NCBI GenBank assembly: GCA_030390025.1
Contig: CM059440.1
Coordinates: 17,918,001 to 17,982,000 of the forward strand
Reading direction: 5' to 3'
From: Squalus acanthias
Taxonomy: Eukaryota
Length of the DNA: 64,000 bases
The notes under the pieces are model-generated. The model ran no database searches. It saw only the letters and a list, made by a program, of their open reading frames with translations, and was not told the origin of the DNA. The position numbers were made by a program, and so were the translations under genes. Positions 50,688-62,662 of the stretch are shown here, piece after piece. Numbering within the stretch: position 1 is the first letter of the stretch; each line of letters begins with the position of its first letter.

Positions 50688-51137
50688 GATCAGCTGTGGC
50701 TCAGTTGGTAGCACACTTGCCTCTGAGTCAGAAGGTTGTGGGTTCAAGTCCCACTGCAGGGACTTGAGCACATAAAGCTACGCTGACACTCCAGTGCAGT
50801 GCTGAGGGAGTGCTGCACTGTCGGAGGTGCAGTCTTTCGGATGAGACGTTAAACCGAGGCTCCGTCTGCTCTCAGGTGGACGTAAAAGATCCCATGGCAC
50901 TATTCAAAGAAAAGTTGGGGAGTTATCCCTGGTGTCCTGGCCAACATTTCTCCCTCAACCAACACAACAAAAGCAGATTATCTGGGCATTTTCACATTGC
51001 TGTTTGTGGGAGCTTGCTGTGCGCAAATTGGCTGCCACGTTTCCCACATTTCAAAAGTACTTAATTGGCTGTAAAACACTTTGAGACGTCCGGTGATCGT
51101 GAAAGGTGCTATATAAATGCAAGTCTGTCTTTCTTTC
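50688..51137 (+). mobile_element. Full-length DeuSINE/SacSINE1-like SINE
   Basis: tggctcagttgg A box, ggttcaagtcc B box, gtcggaggtg..gtctttcggatgagacgttaaaccgagg, tail gctatataaatgcaagtc. Confidence 0.92.
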
Positions 51138-51139
51138 TT

Positions 51140-51760
51140 ACTCCCTGGAACTCCCTGACACTCTACCGCTCTCTCCTCCTTCAAAAGCCTTCTCAAAATC
51201 CATCTCTTTGAGCAAGTTTTTAGTTGCCTCGAACTCCCCCACAAAGGCTTGGCATCTGTTCCTTTCTCTGCCTGTGAACCATCTTTTGAGAGGTTTTTCT
51301 ATGCTAAAGGCACTATATACAGGAAACTTTCGTTTATCCGGCACCCAAATATCCGGAATTCTCGCTTAACCGGCAAAAATCATCCTCCGAAAACTCCTCT
51401 CAAATAACCGGCAATGTTGCCGAGTCGCAGTCGAGTCTCCGCGAACGCCGAGTGCTCCGAAAAATCCTCTCAAATAACCGGCAATGTTGCCGATCCCGAG
51501 TCCGAGTCAGAGTCCGCGAAAGCCGATTTAGTCAGTAAGGGTACTTTTCAAAGGTGCCACTATTCGGCCTCCTGGCGCTGTTGCAATTCCGAAACATTGC
51601 AGTAGCATGAGTAGATTCTCCCGTGCTGCTTGGAGTCTCTTTGTTAAAAATAGCCTCGGTAGATATAACTCTCTGTTATCCGGTACTTTCGATAAACCGG
51701 CACCACGCCGGTCCCGTCGATGCCGGATAAACGAAAGTTTCCTGTAAATGCAAGTTGTTG
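51140..51760 (+). mobile_element. L2 3' end split by a MITE
   Basis: ctggaactccctg...ttcaaaagccttctcaaaatccatctcttt; removing 51320-51746 restores aaggcactatata|aatgcaagttgttg. Confidence 0.75.
51320..51744. mobile_element. Tc1/mariner (pogo/Tigger-like) non-autonomous MITE, 425 bp
   Basis: Perfect 24-bp TIR CAGGAAACTTTCGTTTATCCGGCA (51320-51343; rc 51721-51744), flanking TA at 51318-19 and 51745-46, internal ~70-bp tandem duplication, CpG-rich. Confidence 0.92.
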
Positions 51761-52699
51761 GTGTTCCCTGATAAGTTATTTAAATAGTGTCTGTACAGAG
51801 CGAAGAGAAACAAAATGCTTTGACAAGATCTACAATAAAATTTTGTGTCATGTTACCTTAGAAAGGTTGCATCTAAAAGTCATCATATAATTTTTTAATG
51901 ATATAGTACGTCCCACCTAATTGCATAATAACTAACTGTAAGAGACTCTAATTGGTCTCATTATTTCTCATGTATACCCCAACCAGTTTAAAAGGCAGAG
52001 TGTTTTATTAAATTGCACACATTCCTAAATGCAGAGATATATCTGCATACTTGTTGGTACCTTAGTCTCTTCCCTTGTTCCTGTATTTTATGCTTCCATA
52101 TTGCTGTTGCGAGTCATGTGGAAGTTCACATTTTGTGCAGAATCCTTTCTTCTAGGACTACAGGAAGCACTTGTCCCCAATAATGAGGAGCGTCTGTACA
52201 AAATGTCTTCCATCAAACAAGTGATCTCCAGACTTGCACCAAATTTGCTGTAATGTGTCATCTACAAGGGGACCTGCACAAGGGTGCCTTTAAGACTTCA
52301 AGAAACACAATGAAAACTTTGATTTCAAACTGCATTTATTAATTTATGGTGCCTTTCTTGCTTTCTGCTCTAATACACAGTTTTAGTCTAAATAAGGTTA
52401 GGGATGTGATCAAAATGGAGGCGCAGCCACATAACCCATTTAGTTGCATAATAAACAATTAAACAGGAGGTATCACAGAAATATCATATTCAACATGATG
52501 CCATAGGTTACCAACTCTGCCATTTTCCATATAAGGTCTTTTTGTTGAAAAGGATTCATTTGTATACAATCACAATATAAACAACATCTGGTGACTCACT
52601 AAAACTGCTTTTTTGCACCTTTGCAACATTGCCCTACTTCTCTTTCTCCATGGTCAAACCTTTGATCCATACCCCATTACCTCAACGATGCATTACTGA

Positions 52700-53152
52700 A
52701 ATGCTTTCCACATAGGCCTCCTTCCCCATCTGTCACAAACTCCAATTAATCCAAAATGCTGCGGCTGTATCCTCTCTCACACAAGTCCTGCATGTTCTGT
52801 CCTTGCCAAGCTCCAATGGCATCCAGTCCCCAAATCCCTCATCTTCAATTCCCTCCACCATCTTGATCCACCTCACCTCAACAATCTTCTGCAGCCACAC
52901 TCAGCTTCTCCAACTCTGGCTTCCTGCTCACCCCTACTCCCTCCACACCACCAATGGTGGCTGATCGTTTAGTCACTCACCTGTGCTCTTTGGAACTCTC
53001 TCCCAAAACCCCTTCACCCTGATAACTCTGTGCCTTCCTTGAACATCCTCCTGGAAGTCTATTTATTTGATTATGCCTTTAGTTCTTGTACTCCAAATTC
53101 CTTCCCTTCCCTTGTGCTTTACAGTGGACACTATATAAATCCAAGTTGTTGC
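52700..53152 (+). mobile_element. Old L2 LINE 3' fragment
   Basis: aaactccaattaatccaaaatgctgcggc (KLQLIQNAA)...ctccaatggc...tggaactctctccc...ctatataaatccaagttgttg. Confidence 0.8.
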
Positions 53153-53414
53153 TATCACTTTAACAGGTTTACAATTGTCACATTAGTAGGAAGGTAAATC
53201 TCCCAGACCTGTGTTGCAAACCAACAGTTACAAACCACCCGAAGAATAATTCACTGTATATGAAGCACTGATATGTTTGAGATACACGATAAGGCGCTAT
53301 ATAAATGCATGTTTTTCTACATGTACCTAACCCTTGAGTAGTCGTGTGGGGCAAACAACATTTCACTTGGATTGTACAATCAGCAGTCAGTGCCTAATAG
53401 CATCAGTGAACAAT

Positions 53415-53605
53415 TCTCACTGACATCACTCTCTACAGATTTGCCCAATGACGTCAGTTCTGGTTTCTTTCCATTTGATGGCCCGTCGGCCAATCGCAAC
53501 AGTGTAATAAAAGGGGACACTGCTCAGATAACAAGAGATCATACGCAGCACTGTGCTGGGACATCCCTAATCATATCCACTTATCACTGGCAGCATATAA
53601 AACAG
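53415..53605 (+). promoter_or_regulatory. Candidate promoter/enhancer: CRE + CCAAT + TATA-like motifs
   Basis: TGACATCA 53421-28, CCAAT 53445-49 overlapping palindromic CRE TGACGTCA 53449-56, GGCCAATCG 53488-96, TAATAAAAG ~53505, TATAAAA 53596-602, in non-repeat DNA. Confidence 0.45.
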
Positions 53606-54289
53606 CAATCCTATTAAAATACAACCTGTAATTTGAAATAAGCTGTTTCACAGCGACTGGGTATGAAGCCTACTGTAAAACACTCTGAACAAGAGTTAAT
53701 AAAATACAAATAGGCATTTGTTAGAGTGTTTTGCAGAACTGAACCATTCTGTTGGACGCAAGTTAATTTATTTCAGGACAACACTCTCTTTTCTCTCGCT
53801 CCCTCTCTCTTTCCAGATAAGCAAATCGTCTTAAAATGAAGTGTGCTTTTGACAGTCCTAGCAGCAAGGCTGGGGAAAGAGATTGGGTGCGAGGACGTGA
53901 TGTGGCATGAAAATTAAATGACTTTCATTGCTTCTCAGCTGCTGCGGGTGCTGGATGAATAAATATCTGTGCGCTTGTTTCATCAGCTGGAAGAATGTAA
54001 ATTTCACACCATAAAAAAAATCCTCTTCACAAGGGATAAATGAGATCCATATGCAGATTTTCCAGCTTTGATATTTTGAAGGCTAGTGGGGATTTTGTAT
54101 GCGTTTCCAGTGGGAGAATCCTCCTGCTGGACAGTAACAATTTGATAAATGGAGAAACGGCACCCTTTGCCTTCCTCCGCATATGCTGCCCCTTTCCTCA
54201 TTTTCTCTCCTCCCCTCCTTTCTCCTCCCATAGATAACTGCACGCTTTCTTTTCATCAAGTATGTACACAACTGCTTTTGTGTTATTCC

Positions 54290-54480
54290 AGTTTCTCTCC
54301 TCTCCCGATGGTGTGAACTCCTTGATGGGGTACGGTTCCCTTGGTACCTCTCCCAAATAGCCATTCTTCAAGGGTAAGCCTAGACACGGAACAGTAGATT
54401 TTCTGGTCCTACCAAAAAGGACGACAGGACCACATAGCATCAGGCACGGCAGTAGCAAGGACGCAGACCTCACTCAATAC
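54290..54480 (-). mobile_element. SINE family B 3' remnant
   Basis: rc gtctaggcttacccttgaagaatggctatttgggagaggtacc...ggaaccgtacccc...ggagaggagagaaactgg. Confidence 0.7.
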
Positions 54481-55192
54481 CACCAGGTCAACCTAGTATA
54501 ATCATTTTACCATGCTTCCTGTGCAGCTTCAGCTTTCTGTCGGGAAGGCAACTAAGTTGCATGGCGAGTGGCAGGGTCAGGAAGTCGACTGAGTTAGCAG
54601 ACCTTAAAGAGGCTGCAGAAAATTTAAAGCAATCTGACCACGTAAGATAAGCGGATGCATATAGGGTCAAAATTATTTGAGTCTTCTTAAAGGTTCAAAA
54701 GGCATTCTTTAAAATTGTCAGCCTCAACAAAGAGGGGGAGGGGAAGAATTAACAGACGCAAATGAAGGAATGGAAAACCCAATGTGGAGTTATGGGCATG
54801 TGGTGGATCACCCCATTTGATAGCTGGCAAAGAAAAGGTAGCTTCAACAGATGGGTGTGAAATGCCTCCCGTTTGGCACTCCAGAAAAAGGATAGGTTCA
54901 GTGCCGTCTCCAGTACTTGCAGGACCAGAGAACAGATGCAGGAGAGAAATATTTTAAGGAATCTGCTAAAATACAAATACCCAACAGTGTCGTTTATCAA
55001 GTAAATGGCTCAAGATTCCTATGCCATAAACTGTGCCCAGTTAACCGATTCCAATATACTGCTCACCCATGCCAAGCCCGTACCCATAACTTAGCAAGCA
55101 CTCGGGTCAAGCTACAACGTACAATTGAAAGCCTCATCACGTTCACATCTTCTAAGGGCGCCACATAGGAAATCATTGCAACACAAACACAG

Positions 55193-56010
55193 ACCTAGAA
55201 TAGGATCGTGCTGTGCCCATTTTATAGGTGTAAAATAAGCACCTAAGGAGCAACTATCCCGCTAATTAGCGTGCAGCGGTCTGGAGGTCCCATGCAGGCC
55301 GCTCACCGGCTTTTACATGGAAGAAACCGCAAATGCGCGAAAATTTGAATGGGCCGCGCAACCAATTCGAGGCCATACACACAAAAAAGTGAGGAAACAT
55401 TGCTAAGGGTCCAATACAATGGGTGGCATGCAGTCATTCCGGGCTGGAAGTGCGGCAACCACCATATTGGTTTCGGGTGCTCAGTAGGCGCAGATCTGAA
55501 ACTGCCGTGAGGCCCATGGTATATGTAAATCTGGGACCTAATGCCTGTTTCGGGCTCCTTTGTCACATTGGATTACCAATGACCACAGTGCACACCTAGG
55601 TCAGTTTCTTAAGGTGCTCAGCAGCCAAGCCAACAGTTCTTAAAGGGACCGCTGGAGACTGCCACCCGAGTAAGTTCAAAGTTTTTTTTTAACCATACCT
55701 TATTGTGGAGCCAGGAGTGCTCCACATTAAAACCGCGGGCCTCTGCTGGCCACCGCTCGCACCCCTTCCGATTGTCTTCTCCCCCCACCTCCCCAGAGAA
55801 CCTCGGCTAGCATCTGAACTGGTTGATTTTGCTGCTCCCCCACCCGTCCCCGCAATCGGCGAGCTGCCTCTGGGGCTGCGAATGGTACCTGCAGCTTGCT
55901 GGTACAATCCTAATGACACGGCGGTCTAATTTGCTGTGGTTCTGTCAGGACCTCATTAGGCGTGTGCACTGGGATCGGGCCCCAATTTGGCCGCAGCCTA
56001 ATTTCTAGGC
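55193..56010. mobile_element. Putative non-autonomous DNA transposon (PIF/Harbinger-like), ~0.8 kb
   Basis: Imperfect termini acctagaa-tagg / cctaatttctaggc, flanking CAG at 55190-92 and 56011-13, GC/CpG-rich interior without ORF homology. Confidence 0.5.
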
Positions 56011-56344
56011 CAGGGTCATTTACGGACACCCATGACAGGAGCTATGTACTCAGGCTTGGCCCAACAGTGATCTCACATACTATAGAAAATGCCCCAATTT
56101 GCTGAATTTAGGCAGCCATATCATTCAGTGGGAAAGGAGGAGATGAATGCACCATCAATGCAACAGTCACCAATTTGGCACATGAACGGGCAGCACATTA
56201 GTTGATATTGTAGTGATAAGTATAAGCTGGAGGCATAACAGTTGAGAGCAGTAATAACCCTGTCAGCCACTGGCAGTGCAGTCCGCATGCTGCAAGTTGG
56301 CTGCAGGTGTTTTTGCTTCAGATGATATAGCTCTACAACAGTCT

Positions 56345-56775
56345 CTCTGCTGTCCATGGAGTGTGCAGAAAGGATTCATTAAAATGATCCTGGGAATGAG
56401 ACACTTTAGTTATGAGGAGAGACTGGAGAAACTGGGGACTTATTCAAATAAAAAGGTTAAGAGGTGATCTGATTGAGAATTTTTCATAAGGTAAATTTCC
56501 ACTGGTCAGAGAGTTGGTAATTAGAGGGCCGAGGTTTAAGGTCATTTCCAAAGAACAAAGGGAGAGGTTAAGAGAGGGTTGTTTTGACAAAGAATGTTGC
56601 TCTAGAAACAGTTGTGGAGCCAGAATTCATAATAGCTTTTAAAAGGGAAATTTTAAATGGCTTTGGGGAAAGAACAGGGAATGGGATTCAGTGGATCGCT
56701 CTTTCAGAGAACCTGCACAGGCACGATAGGCCAAATGGCCTCCGTCTGTGTTGTAAAACTTCTATGATTCTATCA
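56345..56775 (+). mobile_element. CR1 LINE 3' fragment
   Basis: VQKGFIKMILGMRHFSYEERLEKLG; tail gggccaaatggcctc-like motif and ttctatgattctat. Confidence 0.85.
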
Positions 56776-58154
56776 TGTACTACATCGACCATGAAATGCT
56801 GTATTTATTCAAAAATAAATTTACCAGAATTAGTAAATAAAATTTTGACCTTGAAAAATGTTCCAAAAATATATCTATTAGAAAAATGGTAACAAATCTC
56901 AAAACATAAAAACACAATACTAAAAAGGACAAATGTATTGCAAAAGCTACACTATTATGTTGGCGTTCATTTACATAATTTCTTCATCAAATTTGGGGCC
57001 TTAATGAGGCCAAGTATGAAATGGGCACAAGGACTTCCGCTCAGAAGATGCAGATTGTAGAATTGCAGGCCAGCCCTGCCCTCCCTGTTTCATATTACCT
57101 CTGCATCCATTGCACACCGACTTACCTGGCACACAGCATTGCAACAATCGACCCCGATTGTTTGTAGGGGCTTGAACCCACAACCGTCTGACCAGAGAGC
57201 TCTGAGTTCTGCCAGCTGAAGCAAGCTGATTCATTTAAGCCGAAATGGGTGGTAGGGTGGTGCAGTGAGTCAGCGAACTATGTCGCAGAATGGTAGGATG
57301 TGGATTCAGGGGTTCAGTTACTGAGCCACACAAGAAATTCCTAATCACAGCTGGATAAGCTAAGGGAGATCCTAACTGGAGGCGAGCAGCTCAAGTATGG
57401 GGACACAAAATCAGAGTTTGGGTAGTGTGAGGAGGGTGTCAACTTAGCGACCATTTACAGAGAAGCTGGGGTCTAGGAACATGCTGTCTCTTTGGGAATA
57501 CTGCAGGGAACAGGAGACCTAAGGAAGAGGGTTAAAAATGGCATGGTGTGTGCAGTAGAGGGGAGGTGAAAAATCAAATTAACAGTAAGCAAAGACAACT
57601 GAGAGCATTTTATTTGAATTTTTTTAAAGCAATTTTCTGTCAGAAATGATGTTTTCCTTCAGTGATCCATATCGTGACCTAATGTATTGCAAACACAGAA
57701 CACTGATAAGTCACACAGTTCTGCACGGTACTATAATGAACCAGACATTCAAATTATCTAAAAATAAATGCGGTTCTTACTCTAGCTGTTTCAAGCTAAT
57801 TTCTCCTTTACACAGATGTACTTCAATCTTTCCATTGTTTGCTACACGAAAATATTTTAAGCACTGATGCTTCAGCTGAAAGTATAATATTTTCCTTCAA
57901 AGATGACTTTAAAAATGCAAGTTAGAAATATCACTGAAATGTAAGTCAAAAAGGTTAGAAACAAATTAAAGCACAATCCTAAAATCTGGTACTGCTCTCT
58001 AAACAGAGTAGTTTTATAAACCACAAATAACACTTCCCCCAAATTCAGCTGACAAAAGTATGGGCCTTACCTATGGCCTAGATTGTCTGTCCGTTGATTA
58101 TGAATGAATGAATAAATCTAGCCCCAAGTCTCATCCTTAGATTCTTGTGTGATG

Positions 58155-58390
58155 TGTCAGCTTGGGTTAGTTGGGGGCACCCTTGACTCTAAGCCAGTAG
58201 GTTGTGGGTTCAACATCCACCACCACAGCACATAATCTAGGTTGATCCTGACCACAATGTTGTATTGCAGGAAGTGGTGCTGCATTGTTGGAGGTGCTAT
58301 CCTCCAAATGAGACATTAAACAGAGGCCCAAACTATTCAAGTGGGCATTCAAGATACCATGGCACTATTGGAAAAGCAGAATTCCCCCAG
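58155..58390 (+). mobile_element. Diverged DeuSINE 5' half
   Basis: ggttgtgggttcaacatcc...gttggaggtgc...atgagacattaaac...ccatggcactatt. Confidence 0.7.
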
Positions 58391-58913
58391 TGTTATATTT
58401 ATTATTAATGAAACATATAACAGATAATGTCAAACAATACCAGTAAAAAAAAAAGCACAATTGCCAACGAAATAAGAGCTACAACAGACGTCGCATGGAT
58501 CAGGAGATACTCCTACAAACTCCTCCGTTAAAAAGAAAGCTCACTGAATTTTAAATGACTTCCAGTAATGCTGCCTTCTGAGCATATTAACTGGCAAAAT
58601 GTATTATTTATACCACACATGCGGTGCAGGGAACTGTGGAAATATTTCTATTTCACTTCAGTTCTCATGCGTTTACAAATGTGCTACACACACAGTAGGG
58701 TAAAGATTAACATACTGAGAAGCCCATGATTAACACCTCCTGGACGGGTTCTACATTGGAAGGCCTAACACCTCAGGTTCATGACAATCCTTGGCAGCAC
58801 CTCTAGGAACAAAAGTGCTTGTTTTGGATATAACCCATTACAAATATTGCAATGGGCATCAAATATTGCCTAACTCATACCACGCCCTAGTTTATTCATT
58901 TATCAGAGTTTTA

Positions 58914-59385
58914 GTGTCAGCTGTGGCTCAGTGGGCAGCACTCTCGCCTCTGAGTCAGAAGGCTGTGGGTTCAAGTCCCACTCCAGAGACTTGAGCACAA
59001 AATCTAGGCTGACACTCCAGTGCAGTACTGAGGGAGCGCTGCACTGTCGGAGGTGCCGTCTTTCAGATCAGGTGTTAAACCAAGGCCCCATCCGCCCTCT
59101 CAGATGGAAGTAAAAGATCCCATGGCACTATTTCGAAGAAGAGCAGGGGAGTTATCCCCGGTGTCCTGCCCAATATTTATCCCTCAATCAACATCACTAA
59201 AACAGATTATCTGGTCATCATCACATTCCTGTTTGTGGGAGCTTGCTGTGTGCAAATTGGCTGCCGCGTTTCCCACATTACAACAGTGACTACACTTCAA
59301 AAAGTATTTCATTGGCTGTAAAGCATCTTGGGACGTTCGGTGGTCGTGAAAGGCGCTATATAAATGCAAGTCTTTCTTTTTTCTT
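58914..59385 (+). mobile_element. Full-length, well-preserved DeuSINE/SacSINE1-like SINE
   Basis: A box TGGCTCAGTGG (58924-34), B box GGTTCAAGTCC (58968-78), Deu-like core, L2-type tail gaaaggcgctatataaatgcaagtctttc. Confidence 0.93.
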
Positions 59386-60109
59386 TTTATTGCAATGCAT
59401 TTCTTTCCTTTTACTTTTTAATCTGCCTAATTTTTTTTCTCTTAGTTTCCCCTCTTCTTTGACCTTCCCAATCACTTTTCTGACCCTGGTACAGCAAAGG
59501 GGAGGCACAGTAGATAATATAGCACATAGCAATCACACGTATTTCATTGTTACCAAAATCTAACAATCCAATATAGAATTTCTTTTTTTGAAATGGGTTC
59601 TGCATGTCGCACTTGGGTGTTCTAATTGGAAAACATTAGTAAAAGCTTGTGCAGCAAGTGAAGAATTTCAATTAGCCTATGTTTCTTAGACTGACACTGC
59701 ACTTCTTAACTGGTCATAAAGTTTACTTGACACCTCATGAATTATGGGTGTGCAATTTCAAAGCCTGTGCAATGCAATTTCAATGCACTCGCTACTGTTT
59801 TCAACAGAGACTGCATGTGAAATTGTAACAGGCTACAAGGCAATATAGCTTCTTTAATACAACAGTGAGATGCTGGAATGAATCACTCTCAATCTTTCCT
59901 CATTCACAGGGCTGTCGAGAAGGCATGGCTCCAAGTGATCTTTCCATATTCAATAAAAGAGTATTGGAAATGGTGAAAAATCTTAGACTTGAACTGAGTG
60001 TAATTTTCCAACCATAATATTATGTATACAAGGCTGAAGAATGGTCACCAATACAACTTGCTCATGAATGAGAAAGTAAGGAACTTGGGCGGTATGCTGT
60101 TAGAACTCT

Positions 60110-61150
60110 ACTTGATGGTTCAGTGGGTAAATACACTAGCACGATGAGGTAGTGAAGCATACAGACCAGGAAGGTCATAACCTCAATCGTGCAGACTTAG
60201 CTCATCTCAGCATACATAATGTTTGGTGTGGAGCTAGCTTGGGCCAGGGACTGAGAGAGATCAGGGAATGAAGGAGACTCAACACTTATATAAAGTCACT
60301 GCAGAGGCTAATCAACAAAGCAAATAGAACGCTAAGCTATAATCCAGAATACAAGTCTGAGGCTGTCATGCTGAAGCTACATAGTGCTCTGGTCAAGCTA
60401 ACCCTAGTATACTCCATTCTGGTCACTGAGGCACATCCAAACCCTGGAAACAGTACAAGAGCCGAGCCATGTGGCCAATTCTCCATGCAGAGAACTGATT
60501 TATGAGGAAAGGTTACAAAAACTTCTTGCTCGTCATTGCGAGAGTACTTTGTGGAGGTACAGAACATACCAAATAGAAAAGGTTAATCTTGAGCACTATT
60601 TTAAGTTATACTAAAACTGCAGGACATGGGGACATAGGTACAAACTGGTAAAAAACAAGTTTAGGACTAATGTCAGGGAGCACAATACCTGAAATGGTCT
60701 TCCCAATCGTGGAGTCAAAAACTCTGGAGTCACTCAAGAGGCAGTTAGATGTGGTGATGGATTGTAGGCTTTCTATTGAAAGACAAGCAAGTTGGCCAAA
60801 TGGCCTCCCTCATTTGTATTTAGCTTTGTGATCTTTAAGAAGGCACTACAGTTGGCCCGGTGACTCCAGGCTATGGAGGGTCAAAACAAAATCAGCCAGG
60901 TCTCGCACACCAGTTTACTATCTAATACCACTACAGCAAAGCATCTGTGTGGACATCAAGTGAGGACTTTTCTGTGATGAGATCCTGTTAAATATAGCCC
61001 ACCACAGCACAATCTAGCATCATTCTTTTTGACACTTGCCATCAAAGAGTGACCACTTCAGTTAGGTGTGGAACACTGCTAGCACCTCTGGAGTTACACC
61101 CGAAGAACAGTTTGCACCTTTAGGAGAGGACAGGGAGAAAATTGGAAAAA
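60110..61150 (+). mobile_element. SINE family B split by an old CR1 fragment (~60350-60835)
   Basis: Head tggttcagtgggtaaatacact...cagaccaggaaggtc; CR1 gtcatgctgaagctacatagtgctctggtc...ggccaaatggcctccc; resumes acagttggccc...aaatcagccagg...ggagaaaattgg. Confidence 0.7.
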
Positions 61151-62159
61151 AGGAAAACTAAAATTCACTAGCAGTGTCAGTCACCTTGATAAGCACAAAA
61201 AAAACTGAACAGCAACAGTTAGGAAACAAAACAATGTTATAAAACATATTATATGGAACTTTGACAGTAGATATCAGGCATTTTCATGTCAAGTTAAAGT
61301 TACACTTGATACACTCACATTCAACATTTATAAAAAAATTAGGTCCCTTACTAGATTTCATGAGATTTGTTGGGTCTTGCTATGCATTACACTCACTCAC
61401 AGTGATATTTGCCAGGTTGAATTGCCTTTTTCCCCCCTATGCCTTGAAGGTTTTGTATGGTTCTTCAGGTGGCCATCACTCTGCAGTATTATTGTCCATT
61501 ATTCTTGTGTGAGCCTCAATAGTGAGTGGAGACCAGCTCCTTGTGGGGGAGCAATACCAATCAGGAGTAGGTATCCTGCCTAACTGTGGTCAACTGTAGT
61601 GCCCCAAACTTGCCCCAACCCTGAAATCAGCCAATTTGGCACAGACCGGGGATTGAACCAGAGGCCAGGATTTATAATCCAGAGAACGTAAGATAGCTCA
61701 GTGATCCGACTCCCAAGCACAGTGAAGCCATGTACGCAATCTCACATAGCTTGCGCTTTGCACCAGGTGCAGTACAACTCCAGCCCAGTATGCAGGCATA
61801 TTTAAAAAATCCCACTGGAACTTCTTAAACCAATAGCGCTGCTAGAACATTCATAATTAGCCATCCAAAGAGCAGAGCTCTGCTCCAAATGTACATAGGC
61901 AGAGTATATAATAAGTAGCAAAGTGCAGCTAGCAGTATAACTTGGATCTGCTGGCTGAGCATCACATTATACAGACAGCAGTCTAAGACCAGATGTCATC
62001 CTACACCAACAGCCTTCCTAACTAGCAAACTACAGTATTCATCTTTCACCTATTGCATTGTATTTGGATTTGATCATCTCTGTCAGTACTTCTTCTTATT
62101 ACCGCTAATCTCACCCTTAACCAGGTATTCAGCTAGCTCGTCTTTAGCACGGTCAATCA

Positions 62160-62500
62160 ACAGTATTAACCGCTTTCACTGGGAGTCTGCTCTTTACATC
62201 CACTACTCGGTGGGGAAATAATTTCTCCTAATCTCTAGTCTCACTTGAGGCTCATTAATTTTATATTCACGTCCTATAATTCTGCATTCGCAGTCCCAGT
62301 TAAATAGTCTGCTTAGATCTATATTATCATGCCTCTCAGCATTTTTAAAACCTCAACCATATCTCCCCTCCATCTTCATTTCTTTAATGAAAACTAATCC
62401 AGTTCTGCAAACCTCTCTCCATAACTCAGAGCACCAAGTTCCCAAATAATGCTCGTCACTCTTTCCCAAACCCTTTCCAATGCCCTTTTGAAAATAGAGT
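62160..62500 (-). mobile_element. Old CR1 fragment
   Basis: ccactactcggtggggaaataatttctcctaatctc...ctctttcccaaaccctttccaatgcc is antisense CR1 ORF2 end. Confidence 0.6.
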
Positions 62501-62662
62501 GACCACTTAGGGGTGGTGAAATACCTCCCGTCAATAGCTTTTGCATTTCCTGTGCTGAACCAACACCAGTTTTTCACTTAAATTGACAGGAGAAATTTCA
62601 ACTGCTAATTCTCCCCTCCCTAGGTTTGGACTCTTGACAGGATACAACTTACGACCTCCCCA

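Noticed and set aside
51385-51526. Direct repeats with intervening sequence, superficially CRISPR-like
   Set aside because: Only two units, the intervening parts are similar to each other, and it lies inside a eukaryotic MITE.
54198-54473. ORF ...KNGYLGEVPREPYPIKEFTP... as a host exon
   Set aside because: The nucleotide sequence is an antisense SINE family B 3' remnant.
54488-54620. Minus-strand gccATG-containing exon candidate (MQLSCLPDRKLKLHRKH)
   Set aside because: Weak donor (GTAAAA), unrecognised peptide, no supporting neighbours.
58914-58990. tRNA-like sequences with A and B boxes (also 9944, 10648, 19751, 50688)
   Set aside because: They continue directly into SINE bodies and lack a convincing cloverleaf; they are SINE heads, not tRNA genes.
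61663-61787. Possible short MITE with ggccaggattt/actccagccc ends (similar at 36170-36330)
   Set aside because: Termini too degenerate and no clear TSD.
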